Shown: one piece after another, positions 63,975-64,000 of the stretch | Position numbering within the stretch: position 1 is the first letter of the stretch | How the letters are laid out: each line of letters begins with the position of its first letter | The notes under the pieces: model-generated | Told to the model about the DNA's origin: nothing | Seen by the model: only the letters and a program-made list of their open reading frames with translations | Databases searched by the model: none | Translations under genes and position numbers: made by a program | Assembly (NCBI GenBank): GCA_965216755.1 | Contig: CBDCGL010000011.1 | Location: 1 to 64,000, forward strand | Reading direction: 5' to 3' | DNA: 64,000 nucleotides | From: Alphaproteobacteria bacterium | GTDB taxonomy: Bacteria > Pseudomonadota > Alphaproteobacteria > UBA7887

Positions 63975-64000
63975 CGTCGTTTGGTCGTCTCTTCAAGCGC

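Overview
This window comes from an alphaproteobacterial chromosome, judged by rRNA signatures and gene content, and has four parts. (1) 1-5606 is the 3' part of an rrn operon (16S, tRNA-Ile, tRNA-Ala, 23S, 5S, tRNA-fMet). The 23S carries a 526-bp helix-45 intervening sequence encoding a four-helix-bundle protein, and the spacers are filled with related heptamer-repeat inverted arms. (2) 5755-14729 is an IS-rich patch: an IS21 nested in an IS3-family element with an 8-bp target duplication, a FixL-like PAS kinase/receiver/degenerate EAL module, and an IS3 (IS407-like) element with a triplicated end. (3) 16151-50355 is a ~34-kb genomic island at an unusual tRNA-Arg(UCG), bounded by ~430-bp direct repeats and lacking a visible integrase. 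It carries a copper cluster (P1B ATPase, six c-type cytochromes, orphan Rieske, Met-rich Tat protein, YHS-ABC transporter). It also carries a DUF6502/DUF5666/outer-membrane-barrel module with four copies of a 21-bp palindrome, two of them sitting exactly inside sigma70-like promoters; this is the best candidate for an undescribed regulon. (4) 50086-64000 holds catabolic and housekeeping enzyme genes. Product calls rest on recognised motifs, not database searches.
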